From Candidatus Saccharimonadota bacterium (GTDB lineage Bacteria > Patescibacteriota > Gracilibacteria > UBA4473): a stretch of 32,000 bases of DNA. The DNA is taken from assembly GCA_020632335.1 (NCBI GenBank), contig JACKFV010000001.1:240001-272000 (forward strand), read 5' to 3'. Positions 16,245 to 24,000 of the stretch are shown in pieces; the stretch's first letter is position 1; each line of letters opens with the position of its first letter. The notes under the pieces are model-generated. The model ran no database searches and was not told the origin of the DNA. It worked only from the letters and a program-made list of their open reading frames with translations. The position numbers were made by a program, and so were the translations under genes.

Positions 16245-18005
16245 ATGACCATGACACCAACGATCATAAAAGTTTCTGGCCCGCTCGTCGTGGCCGATAA
16301 CATGCAGGCGGCCAAGATGTACGAGGTGGTGCGTGTGGGGCGTGAGCAACTGGTGGGCGAGGTGATCAAGCTGGAGGAGGGCCAGGCGTCCATCCAGGTA
16401 TACGAGGACACTGCGGGGGTGGGCCCTGGCGAGCCCGTGCAGCTGACCGGACAGACCCTCAGTGTGGAGCTGGGCCCGGGCATTATGGAGAATATTTATG
16501 ACGGGATCCAGCGGCCGCTGCACGTGCTGGAGGAGAAAAGTGGGCATTTTATCACTCGGGGGATCACCGCACCGGGGCTAGACCAGACCAAGAAATGGGC
16601 CTTTACCCCGACCGTGAAGGAGGGACAGAAAGTCGCGGCGGGGGATATCATCGGTACCGTGCCAGAGACAGAAGTGGTGGAACACCGGGTGATGGTGCCC
16701 TATGGCATCAGCGGGACGGTAAAGAAGATCCTCAGCGGGCAGTACAAGGTGACCGAGACCATCTGTATCATCACCGACGACGCGGGCAAAGACCACGAGG
16801 TAGCTCTGCGGCACTTCTGGCCCATCCGTGTGCCACGCCCGGTGGCGAGGAAGACGGTACCAGAGGGCTACTTCCGCAGTGGGTGGCGCATCATCGACAG
16901 CTTCTTCCCCATTGTGAAGGGCGGCGCGGCGTGCATCCCCGGGCCATTTGGAGCAGGGAAAACCGTGAGCCAGCAGACCATCGCCAAGTACTGTAATGCC
17001 GAGGTGCTGGTGTACATCGGCTGTGGGGAGCGTGGAAACGAGATGACAGAGGTGCTGGATGACTTCCCTAAGGTGGAGGACCCCCAGACCGGCCAGGTAA
17101 TCATGAAGCGTACGACCCTCATCGCTAACACCTCTAACATGCCCGTGGCGGCACGAGAAGCCAGTGTGTATACGGGCATTACCATCGCTGAGTACTACCG
17201 TGATATGGGCTACAGCGTGGCGCTGATGGCTGATAGTACCAGCCGGTGGGCCGAGGCCATGCGGGAGATCAGCGGGCGGATGGAAGAGATGCCGGGCGAG
17301 GAGGGCTACCCCGCATACCTGGGGTCGAAGATTGCGGAGTTCTACGAGCGTGCGGGGGCAGTGGAGACCCTGGGGAGCGAGCCACGCAGCGGCTACCTGA
17401 CCGTCATCGGGGCCGTGAGCCCCCCAGGAGGAGACCTCTCAGAGCCCGTGAGCCAGAACACCCTGCGCGTCACCAAGTGCTACTGGGGGCTTGATAAAAA
17501 CCTGGCGTACCAGAAGCACTTCCCGTCCATCAACTGGTTGAAGAGCTACTCGCTCTATGGGCCGAATATGAAGCAGGAATACGCGGCCATTGCGGAGGAT
17601 TTTGAGTCTCTGCGGGTACAGGCCATGGACCTCACGCAGCAGCAGGCCAAGCTGCAGGAGATTGTACGGCTGGTAGGGCCCGACGCGCTGAGTACCCGTG
17701 AGCGGCTAGTGCTGCACACCGCGGGCAGCATCATCGAGGATTTCCTCCGCCAAGACGCCTTTGACGAGCGAGACATCAACACCCCGCTGCGCAAGCAGTA
17801 CGAGATGCTCAAGACCTCTCTCACGCTCTATAACGAGGGTATGGCGCCCCTGACGGCCGTGGAGGATCTGAACTTCCGTCAGATAGAAGAGGCTCCCGTC
17901 ATGGAGAAAATCGCACGCATGCGCTATATAGAGATGGATAACCTCGGGGAATTTGAGGCCATCCGGGGGGAGATTCGCGCGCTCATTGCGCACGTCAGCG
18001 AGTAA
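16245..18005 (+). CDS. atpA: V-type/A-type ATP synthase catalytic subunit A
   Basis: N-terminal beta-barrel (IIKVSGPLVVA), the A-subunit-specific insertion (about residues 110-200), P-loop GPFGAGKTV, then GCGERGNEM, LMADSTSRWAEA and PSINWL. ATG 16245 (MTMTPT) was chosen. Confidence 0.93.
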   Translation: MTMTPTIIKVSGPLVVADNMQAAKMYEVVRVGREQLVGEVIKLEEGQASIQVYEDTAGVGPGEPVQLTGQTLSVELGPGIMENIYDGIQRPLHVLEEKSGHFITRGITAPGLDQTKKWAFTPTVKEGQKVAAGDIIGTVPETEVVEHRVMVPYGISGTVKKILSGQYKVTETICIITDDAGKDHEVALRHFWPIRVPRPVARKTVPEGYFRSGWRIIDSFFPIVKGGAACIPGPFGAGKTVSQQTIAKYCNAEVLVYIGCGERGNEMTEVLDDFPKVEDPQTGQVIMKRTTLIANTSNMPVAAREASVYTGITIAEYYRDMGYSVALMADSTSRWAEAMREISGRMEEMPGEEGYPAYLGSKIAEFYERAGAVETLGSEPRSGYLTVIGAVSPPGGDLSEPVSQNTLRVTKCYWGLDKNLAYQKHFPSINWLKSYSLYGPNMKQEYAAIAEDFESLRVQAMDLTQQQAKLQEIVRLVGPDALSTRERLVLHTAGSIIEDFLRQDAFDERDINTPLRKQYEMLKTSLTLYNEGMAPLTAVEDLNFRQIEEAPVMEKIARMRYIEMDNLGEFEAIRGEIRALIAHVSE

Positions 18006-18030
18006 ACACGCGCACCACTGCGTCTAGAGA

Positions 18031-18052
18031 GCCTCCCGCATGGGGGGCTTTT
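18031..18052 (+). terminator. Rho-independent terminator after atpA
   Basis: GCCTCCC (18031-18037) / GGGGGGC (18042-18048): a 7-bp stem with one G-U pair and a GCAT loop, followed by TTTT (18049-18052). It lies 26 nt after the atpA stop. Confidence 0.55.
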
Positions 18053-18106
18053 GCTTGCCAAAAAAAGAGCGACGTATACGATGGCGGCATCTTTTCTCCT
18101 GATACG

Positions 18107-18577
18107 ATGGTAGATACCCAAACGCTCCTCACCGCTGAAGGCTATGCCAAGCTCGAGACCGAGCTGCAGGACCTCAAGAAACACCAGCGTAAGGCCGTGG
18201 CGGAGAAGCTGGCAGAGGCGATAGCGCAGGGGGATCTCTCGGAGAATGCGGAGTACGACGCGGCCAAGAACGAGCAGGCCACCATCGAGGGGCGGATCAA
18301 AGAGATCGAGGAGCTGCTGAAGACCGCGGTGATCATCGAGGAGGGGCTGAAATCAGACACCGTGCAGCTGGGGAGTACCGTCAAGCTGCGCTTTGAGGAC
18401 ACGGGGGAAGAGGCTGAGTACAGCATCGTGGGGACGACCGAGGCCGACGCGCTCTCGCACCGCATCAGTAACGAGTGCCCCGTGGGTGAGGCGCTGATGG
18501 GCGCGAGCAAGGGCAGCAAAGTGAGCGTGACCGTGGAGGGCAAGGCCTATGAGTACACCGTGCTGGCACTCTCTTAG
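18107..18577 (+). CDS. greA: Transcription elongation factor GreA
   Basis: N-terminal coiled coil LTAEGYAKLETELQDLK..GDLSENAEYDAAKNEQ and a C-terminal FKBP-like domain; 156 aa. Confidence 0.95.
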   Translation: MVDTQTLLTAEGYAKLETELQDLKKHQRKAVAEKLAEAIAQGDLSENAEYDAAKNEQATIEGRIKEIEELLKTAVIIEEGLKSDTVQLGSTVKLRFEDTGEEAEYSIVGTTEADALSHRISNECPVGEALMGASKGSKVSVTVEGKAYEYTVLALS

Positions 18578-18589
18578 GAGGAGAAAAAC

Positions 18590-18617
18590 TTGCCATGTAT
18601 ACCCCCATGGGTATACA
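18590..18617 (+). promoter_or_regulatory. Leaderless-type promoter for trxB
   Basis: TTGCCA (18590-18595) - 16 nt - TATACA (18612-18617) - 7 nt - ATG 18625. Confidence 0.5.
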
Positions 18618-18624
18618 CAGTAGC

Positions 18625-19548
18625 ATGACACACCACCAGCTCATCATTGTCGGATCAGGGCCAGCGGGGCTGACGGCGGCTATTTATGCGGCGCGAGCGG
18701 AGCTCTCCCCACTGGTGCTGGAGGGGATGTCGCCCGGCGGGCAGCTGATGACCACCACTGAGGTGGAGAATTTCCCCGGGTTTGCCGAGGGAATACAGGG
18801 GCCGCAGCTCATTGCTCAGATGCGACAGCAGGCACAGCGGTTTGGCGCTGATACCCGCATGGAGACGGTCGAAAACGTGGATTTCTCCGACCCGCTACGC
18901 CTGCAACTCACCACTAATGCGGGGGTGTATACGGCCGACAGCGTGATCCTCAGCACTGGCGCGCGGGCACGGTGGCTGGGGCTGCCGGGCGAGGAGGCCT
19001 ACTGGGGCAAGGGCTACACGGCGTGCGCTACCTGTGATGGGGCCTTCTTCCGCGACAAGGTGGTGGGCGTGGTGGGTGGAGGCGACAGCGCGTGTGAGGA
19101 GGCGCATTTCCTCACGCGGTTTGCAAGCCAGGTGCATCTATTTGTTCGTGGTGAGGCCTTCCGCGCCAGTAAACCCATGCAGCAGCGGGTGCTGGAGAGC
19201 GAGAAGATAACGGTGCATTTCAATACCCAGGTGACGCAGCTGCTGGGGCAGCCCGTGCTCAGTGGGGTGGAGCTGACCGACAGCCTCACCCAGGATACCC
19301 GCGTCATGGACCTGCAGGGGCTCTTCTGTGCCATCGGGCATGCGCCGAACACCAGCGTCTTTGGAGATTTCATCACGCTGGAGGACAACAAATACTTCCG
19401 CGTGGTGGACAACACCCGGTCGAATATTCCGTCGGTATTCATTGCGGGCGACTGCGGCGACTGGCGCTACCGTCAGGCCATCACCGCGGCGGGGTACGGC
19501 TGCATGGCCGCGCTGGACGCCGAGAAGTACCTCACGCACCGTGCGTAA
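18625..19548 (+). CDS. trxB: Thioredoxin-disulfide reductase
   Basis: FAD motif IIVGSGPAGLTAAIYAARA, redox CATCDG and NADPH motif GGGDSACEEA. Start 18625 (MTHHQLIIVGSG) fits the usual N-terminal length and the leaderless promoter. The alternative ATG 18595 lies 13 nt after AGGAGG. Confidence 0.92.
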   Translation: MTHHQLIIVGSGPAGLTAAIYAARAELSPLVLEGMSPGGQLMTTTEVENFPGFAEGIQGPQLIAQMRQQAQRFGADTRMETVENVDFSDPLRLQLTTNAGVYTADSVILSTGARARWLGLPGEEAYWGKGYTACATCDGAFFRDKVVGVVGGGDSACEEAHFLTRFASQVHLFVRGEAFRASKPMQQRVLESEKITVHFNTQVTQLLGQPVLSGVELTDSLTQDTRVMDLQGLFCAIGHAPNTSVFGDFITLEDNKYFRVVDNTRSNIPSVFIAGDCGDWRYRQAITAAGYGCMAALDAEKYLTHRA

Positions 19549-19556
19549 GAGAAGCC

Positions 19557-20534
19557 CTAGCTACGGTGGTGCGTGCGACGCATAAGAGCGTAGAGAATGC
19601 TCAGCAGGAGTGGCGACACCACGAGAATATCGGCCAGTGCCCACACGGCCTGCGCGAGCGGCGACGGACTACCGGCAATAACGGGCAACCCCTCGGCGAG
19701 CATCACCACGCGAGTAACGACCTGAGACAGCAGCCCCATCCCAAACCCCAGAATGAGCAGCACCCCCAGCACTCGCCAGACGTGCGAACGCATGTACTGC
19801 TTGGACTGCAGGAAGGCCTCACGGCTGCTGGGGCTATCGCTCTCCACCAGGTAAGGCCCCGCAAAGAGCACGCGTACCACCGCCCAGCCCAGTACCAAGA
19901 GCACCAGCACCATAGCCAGCAGTGCCGGCAGTGCCGCCAGAGGGAGCTCCCCCTGCTGCAGGCCTTGCATGAGGGAATCACTGAGAGGCGTCTCATTCTC
20001 GAGATGCTTGAAAAGGAGCGTCCCCAGCACGACAAAGACCACCCCCAGCATGATGATGGGCAGCAGCACCGCGCCTATCTGCCGGATAAGAATACCGAGG
20101 AATCGCCAGACGTAGCTCCAGCTCTGACGGCAATACGCGGTGAGGGGGCTGAGCTGCCGAGCCTGGTAGTGTGCCCGCAGCACCAGGAGGGTGGCGATAT
20201 AGGCGAGCATCTGCGCGAGAAGCGTGAGCAGCACCCCGCCAAAGAAGAGTAGGCCCTGAGCACCCGTCATGCCTGTGAGGCGACCATCTGGCTGCAGCTG
20301 CCACCCGAGCACCGACTCCATATTGCCCCAGTAGAGGTTCTGCACCAGCTGGAGGACCGTCAGCCCCTGCAGCCCAGCAATGGCCCATACCACCAGCAGG
20401 CCGATAATGAGCGCCGTCAGCACCTGGAGGAAGAGCACTGCGCTCAACCGCCACCATACGTGTCGCCAGCTAGCCGCTCCTTCGGCCACGGCGCCCCAGA
20501 GAGAAACGGTACTGGGGGGAGGCGTCACCGTCAT
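19557..20534 (-). CDS. Hypothetical polytopic membrane protein
   Basis: 325-aa ORF with about 6-7 hydrophobic helices. It starts 5 nt after the rpmE stop, so it is probably co-transcribed. No family recognised. Confidence 0.7.
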   Translation of the reverse strand: MTVTPPPSTVSLWGAVAEGAASWRHVWWRLSAVLFLQVLTALIIGLLVVWAIAGLQGLTVLQLVQNLYWGNMESVLGWQLQPDGRLTGMTGAQGLLFFGGVLLTLLAQMLAYIATLLVLRAHYQARQLSPLTAYCRQSWSYVWRFLGILIRQIGAVLLPIIMLGVVFVVLGTLLFKHLENETPLSDSLMQGLQQGELPLAALPALLAMVLVLLVLGWAVVRVLFAGPYLVESDSPSSREAFLQSKQYMRSHVWRVLGVLLILGFGMGLLSQVVTRVVMLAEGLPVIAGSPSPLAQAVWALADILVVSPLLLSILYALMRRTHHRS

Positions 20535-20539
20535 AGGAA

Positions 20540-20797
20540 TTATGACTGGAGGTTCTTGGCCTTAGCCATACGCGCTTTGAACTTATCTATCTGCCCAGAG
20601 GTGGTCACCAGCGTCTGCGTACCGGTGTAGAAGGGGTGGGACTCTGAGCTGACCTCCACCCGGTAGACGCTGCATTCTTGCCCGTTGTGGGTGTCTTTTT
20701 CGTCGGTCTCCAGCGTGGAGTAGATGACGAAATCTTTGCCCGCACGAGCGTCGCGGAAGATAACGGGTCTGAGCGTGGGGTGAATAGCAGCTTTCAT
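20540..20797 (-). CDS. rpmE: 50S ribosomal protein L31 (type B, no CxxC zinc motif)
   Basis: MKAAIHPTLRPVIFRD...SESHPFYTGTQTLV...GQIDKFKARM; 85 aa. ATG 20797 is internal to the 116-aa track ORF. Confidence 0.85.
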   Translation of the reverse strand: MKAAIHPTLRPVIFRDARAGKDFVIYSTLETDEKDTHNGQECSVYRVEVSSESHPFYTGTQTLVTTSGQIDKFKARMAKAKNLQS

Positions 20798-20825
20798 CGC
20801 CAGGGGTACGAAAAAGTGTAGCCAG

Positions 20826-20853
20826 AGCCTATAACCATATGCCCGGGTGTCAA
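20826..20853 (-). promoter_or_regulatory. Sigma70-like promoter for rpmE
   Basis: Minus strand: TTGACA (20853-20848) - 16 nt - TAGGCT (20831-20826), then a 28-nt leader to ATG 20797. Confidence 0.45.
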
Positions 20854-20870
20854 ATAGAAATCGCCTAAAC

Positions 20871-20898
20871 TTGACAAATGACGATGCCACGGCATACT
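20871..20898 (+). promoter_or_regulatory. Sigma70-like promoter upstream of the ABC-F gene (leaderless with respect to a 38-codon ORF)
   Basis: TTGACA (20871-20876) - 16 nt - CATACT (20893-20898) - 7 nt - ATG 20906. Confidence 0.5.
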
Positions 20899-20905
20899 AC
20901 AGCTG

Positions 20906-21022
20906 ATGGATTTCTTAACCCCTGCTACCATCTCCGGCGCACTGTGGCGATACCTGGCCACCGTGGTGCTGTGTATGCGAGGCGCTACCCCAGTGCTCGC
21001 ACCCGTGCGCGTGACTCATTAG
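20906..21022 (+). CDS. Predicted leaderless 38-codon upstream ORF (leader peptide candidate)
   Basis: MDFLTPATISGALWRYLATVVLCMRGATPVLAPVRVTH, then TAG 21020-21022. It is in the same frame as the ABC-F ORF (21086 - 20906 = 180). The only support is the promoter geometry. Confidence 0.25.
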   Translation: MDFLTPATISGALWRYLATVVLCMRGATPVLAPVRVTH

Positions 21023-21085
21023 AGCAAGAGCGGCGTGGTGCTTTTCTCTCTCTGTCAGCTTGCCTGGCGTTTTCTTCGCAGCACC

Positions 21086-22519
21086 ATGTTTACCACACAC
21101 TCTCTCAGCATCGGCTATAGTTACCCTCTGTGTGAGGGGATTTCTCTGAGTCTGGATAGCGCTGCCCGGTTGCGGGTGGCCCTCATTGGCCCCAACGGCA
21201 GTGGCAAAACCACGCTCATCCAGACGCTCCTGGGGCGGCAGTCCCCTCTTGCGGGGTCTGTTACTCAGCACGGCGAGCGGCTGGGATACCTCCCCCAGCA
21301 CCCGGAGCTCCCGCCAGATACCCTGGTGGGCGAGTACCTGGAGGCCCACCTGGAGGAGAGCTGGCATGCCTACCTCATCGACATCGCCCTGGAGACGGTA
21401 GGCCTCGGCCAGGAGCTCCTTCTCCAGAGTACCAGCAGCCTCAGTGGGGGCCAGCAGATGCGGATAAAGCTCGCGGAGATCCTCCTGCAAGAGCCCACCA
21501 TCCTGCTGCTGGACGAACCCTCTAACCACCTGGACGACGCGGGCAAGCAGTGGCTGGAGGGCTTTATAGAAGGGTTTAACGGGAGCGTGGTGCTCATCAG
21601 CCATGACCGCAATCTGCTCCAGCAGGTGGTCACCAGCGTCTGGGAACTGCACCCACACACGCGGCAGCTGGAGCTCACCACGGGGAGCTATGCCCACTGG
21701 CGGGCCGAACGCGCAAGAAAACGGGCCGATAAAGAGGCCCGGTATGCTCAGCTGGAGCGGCAGATACGCGAGATAGACCGCTGGCTGCGCGCGCATGAGT
21801 TTCATCCGAAATACCAGTTCAGTGACCGCGTGATGAGCCAGAAGAAGAAACTCGCGGACCTAGAGGCCCTGGCGCTCCCCCTCACCCCCGTGCCAGACCC
21901 CGTACTCCGGCTCCCTACCACGCCCCCGCGTACGGAGAAGCGGCGGCTCCTCCTGCGGTATGACGTAGCCGAGAAGCGCTATGGCCAGCGGGTGGTGCTC
22001 TCAGCGGTATCGGGCAAGGTGTACAGCGGGCAGCGGGTAGAGATCTCTGGCCCCAATGGCAGCGGCAAGAGTACGCTTTTACAGATCCTCCGTGGAGAGG
22101 ACACTGCCTATAGCGGCCACGTCTGGACGGCGGACGGGGTCACCCTGGCGCTCCTCAGCCAGCACTGCAGCCTGCCACCACACCAGCGCGTGGAGGAGGT
22201 CCTCGGGCAGCGCCTACCCCTCAGCGACACGGAGTACCACCGGCTGCTGCAGCAGATGCAGCTGCTGGAGTACCGTCAGAGCCGGATAGGGGACCTCAGT
22301 GGCGGGCAGCAGAAACGGGTAGAGATGGCCCTGCTGCTGGCCTCTCCGCCGGATATATTGCTGCTGGACGAGCCCACCAACCACCTGGATCTCTTTGCGC
22401 AGGAGTCGCTGGAGTGCTTCCTACAGCAGTACCCAGGGGCGATCATTTTCATCACGCATGATGCTCTGCTGCGGGAGGCCCTGGCGGCTGAGCAGCAGGT
22501 GGTACTGGGGAAGGACTAG
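21086..22519 (+). CDS. ABC-F family ATPase (two ABC domains, no TM domain)
   Basis: Walker A GPNGSGKTT and GPNGSGKST. Signature plus Walker B LSGGQQMRIKLAEILLQEPTILLLDEPSNHLD and LSGGQQKRVEMALLLASPPDILLLDEPTNHLD. A charged inter-domain linker is present. ATG 21086 (MFTTHSLSIGY) was chosen. Confidence 0.92.
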   Translation: MFTTHSLSIGYSYPLCEGISLSLDSAARLRVALIGPNGSGKTTLIQTLLGRQSPLAGSVTQHGERLGYLPQHPELPPDTLVGEYLEAHLEESWHAYLIDIALETVGLGQELLLQSTSSLSGGQQMRIKLAEILLQEPTILLLDEPSNHLDDAGKQWLEGFIEGFNGSVVLISHDRNLLQQVVTSVWELHPHTRQLELTTGSYAHWRAERARKRADKEARYAQLERQIREIDRWLRAHEFHPKYQFSDRVMSQKKKLADLEALALPLTPVPDPVLRLPTTPPRTEKRRLLLRYDVAEKRYGQRVVLSAVSGKVYSGQRVEISGPNGSGKSTLLQILRGEDTAYSGHVWTADGVTLALLSQHCSLPPHQRVEEVLGQRLPLSDTEYHRLLQQMQLLEYRQSRIGDLSGGQQKRVEMALLLASPPDILLLDEPTNHLDLFAQESLECFLQQYPGAIIFITHDALLREALAAEQQVVLGKD

Positions 22520-23424
22520 CGCCCCAGCCACGCGCGCTTCCAGCAGTACCACCACCGGAGCCGGGGCGCTAGGCCAAGGCGCTCGCAGCCCCACACGAGC
22601 GGGCGCAGCAGCTGCAGTATGAAGGTGAGCACGGTACGCTTCACTCCCCGGGGGAGGATAGGCAGCTCTGGGTAGAGCGACTCGAAGATAGCGGCGTTAT
22701 GACGGCTCTCTCGTGTGCGCTGCCAGACGGCCTCTGGGGTCTGTAGGTGGTCATGGTATACCGTCCACTCGGGCAGGTAATGGAGCTGCATGCCCCGCTG
22801 CCAGAGCCGATACCCCAGCTCGGTATCCTCAAATCCCCAGCCCGTGAAGCGCTCTGAGAACCGCTCCTCCCCCAGCAGCGCCCGCGGCACGGCCACGCAC
22901 GCGGTGTGGAAGTCCCGCCAGGTGGGGTAGTAATACCCCTGAATACCACGCCACACACGAGTAAACGCCGACTGGTAGGCCGGCAGCTGGAACTGCACCG
23001 ACCCCAGTAGCCAGCGGTGGAAGGGATCTGCCAGGAGCACTGGGGTCCAGAGAGCGGTGCCCAGGAGCGCGGTAGTGGGCTCTGGGTGGCTCATAAAGAA
23101 GCCCGTGAGGTGCTGCAGCCACGCCGGGGTGGGGAGCGTGTCATCACCGAGGAAGCAGAGCACCTCGCCTCTGGCGGCGTCTATGGCGATATTCCGCGCG
23201 GCCGAGCGGTCGGCTCCCGTGCTCTCCAGAAAGCGCATCTGCAGCACATGCGCATAGCGGGCCTGGGTTTGCTCCCACACCTGGCGGTCGGTCACCTGGG
23301 GCGCGTCTAGCACCACCACCACCTCAGGCTGCACGGTGGCCCAGCCATCACAGCGGGTGAGGGCAAAAAGTACCGGCTGCAGCGTCTGCCGCCCAAGGGT
23401 GGGAATGAGGATACTCAGCTGCAT
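22516..23424 (-). CDS. Family 2 glycosyltransferase
   Basis: N-terminal LSILIPTLGR and an acidic motif in LCFLGDDTLP, a GT-A fold pattern. Its stop shares CTAG (22516-22519) with the ABC-F stop. Confidence 0.8.
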   Translation of the reverse strand: MQLSILIPTLGRQTLQPVLFALTRCDGWATVQPEVVVVLDAPQVTDRQVWEQTQARYAHVLQMRFLESTGADRSAARNIAIDAARGEVLCFLGDDTLPTPAWLQHLTGFFMSHPEPTTALLGTALWTPVLLADPFHRWLLGSVQFQLPAYQSAFTRVWRGIQGYYYPTWRDFHTACVAVPRALLGEERFSERFTGWGFEDTELGYRLWQRGMQLHYLPEWTVYHDHLQTPEAVWQRTRESRHNAAIFESLYPELPILPRGVKRTVLTFILQLLRPLVWGCERLGLAPRLRWWYCWKRAWLGR

Positions 23425-23430
23425 AGGGGC

Positions 23431-23458
23431 AACGTAGTGATTTTCTCGCTCCTGCCTA
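23431..23458 (-). promoter_or_regulatory. Leaderless-type promoter for the GT2 gene, overlapping the ybaB 3' end
   Basis: Minus strand: TAGGCA (23458-23453) - 16 nt - TACGTT (23436-23431) - 6 nt - ATG 23424. Confidence 0.4.
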
Positions 23459-23758
23459 GCCCGTCAGGCCCATGCTCTGCAGCTGCTGCATCATGGGCTG
23501 CATTTTCTCCTGCATGTACTCCTGGGTTTTTTTCATCGCGCGGTTAAAGAGCTCTTTGAGGATACGCTCGGTTTCGGCCGTATTACTGAAGTCAAAATCG
23601 TCGTCAAAGTGGATCTCGGTCACCTCCAGCTTGCCGCTCATCACCACCACCGCACCGTAGTCTGCCGCGCGGATCTGCGTCTGCTCCAGCTCTTTTTGCA
23701 TCTGCTTGGCGTCCTTCTGCATCTTATAGAGGTCCTTCATCTGGTTCATCATGGTCAT
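23456..23758 (-). CDS. ybaB: Nucleoid-associated protein YbaB/EbfC family
   Basis: MTMMNQMKDLYKMQKDAKQMQKELEQTQIRAADYGAVVVMSGKLEVTEIHFDD matches the YbaB pattern; 100 aa from ATG 23758. Confidence 0.85.
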   Translation of the reverse strand: MTMMNQMKDLYKMQKDAKQMQKELEQTQIRAADYGAVVVMSGKLEVTEIHFDDDFDFSNTAETERILKELFNRAMKKTQEYMQEKMQPMMQQLQSMGLTG

Positions 23759-23784
23759 AAGAAAGGGGGTAAGAATACCCCGCG

Positions 23785-23812
23785 AGCCTAGCCAACCTGC
23801 ACGAAAATGCAA
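23785..23812 (-). promoter_or_regulatory. Sigma70-like promoter for ybaB
   Basis: Minus strand: TTGCAT (23812-23807) - 16 nt - TAGGCT (23790-23785), then a 26-nt leader. Confidence 0.45.
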
Positions 23813-23906
23813 GTGCACTTTGTGCCACAATACCACAAAAGATGGGGCTGTCTATAGAATCTCTCACGCGGAAGCGAGCCACAGCCCCCGGCGGAGAAAA
23901 ACACCA

Positions 23907-23934
23907 TTGACCAGACGCCCCGCCACAGTAGGGT
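23907..23934 (+). promoter_or_regulatory. Sigma70-like promoter for rny
   Basis: TTGACC (23907-23912) - 16 nt - TAGGGT (23929-23934), then a 66-nt leader to ATG 24001. Confidence 0.45.
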
Positions 23935-24000
23935 GAGCGCTGCACGGCAGAGCATGCTGACCAGGGCCAGGGCTCGCCGTTTCTCTTTATCACCTTTACT

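Noticed and set aside
16136-16483. N-terminal extensions of the Wzy_C ORF (to 16483), recO (to 4849), M16 peptidase (from 5368), ftsX (to 5562, TTG), rpmE (to 20890), ybaB (to 23836), alaS (to 29660) and tgt (from 29707, GTG).
   Set aside because: The extensions overlap neighbouring genes or promoters and add non-homologous, oddly composed residues. The internal ATGs coincide with the family N-termini and with upstream -10 boxes.
8490-18005. Possible inteins in nrdA and the V/A-ATPase A subunit, both classic intein hosts.
   Set aside because: Both proteins have contiguous catalytic motifs and normal lengths for their subfamilies (930 aa for a long ATP-cone class I alpha, 586 aa for subunit A). 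I see no Cys/Ser...HN-Cys/Ser/Thr splice-junction block.
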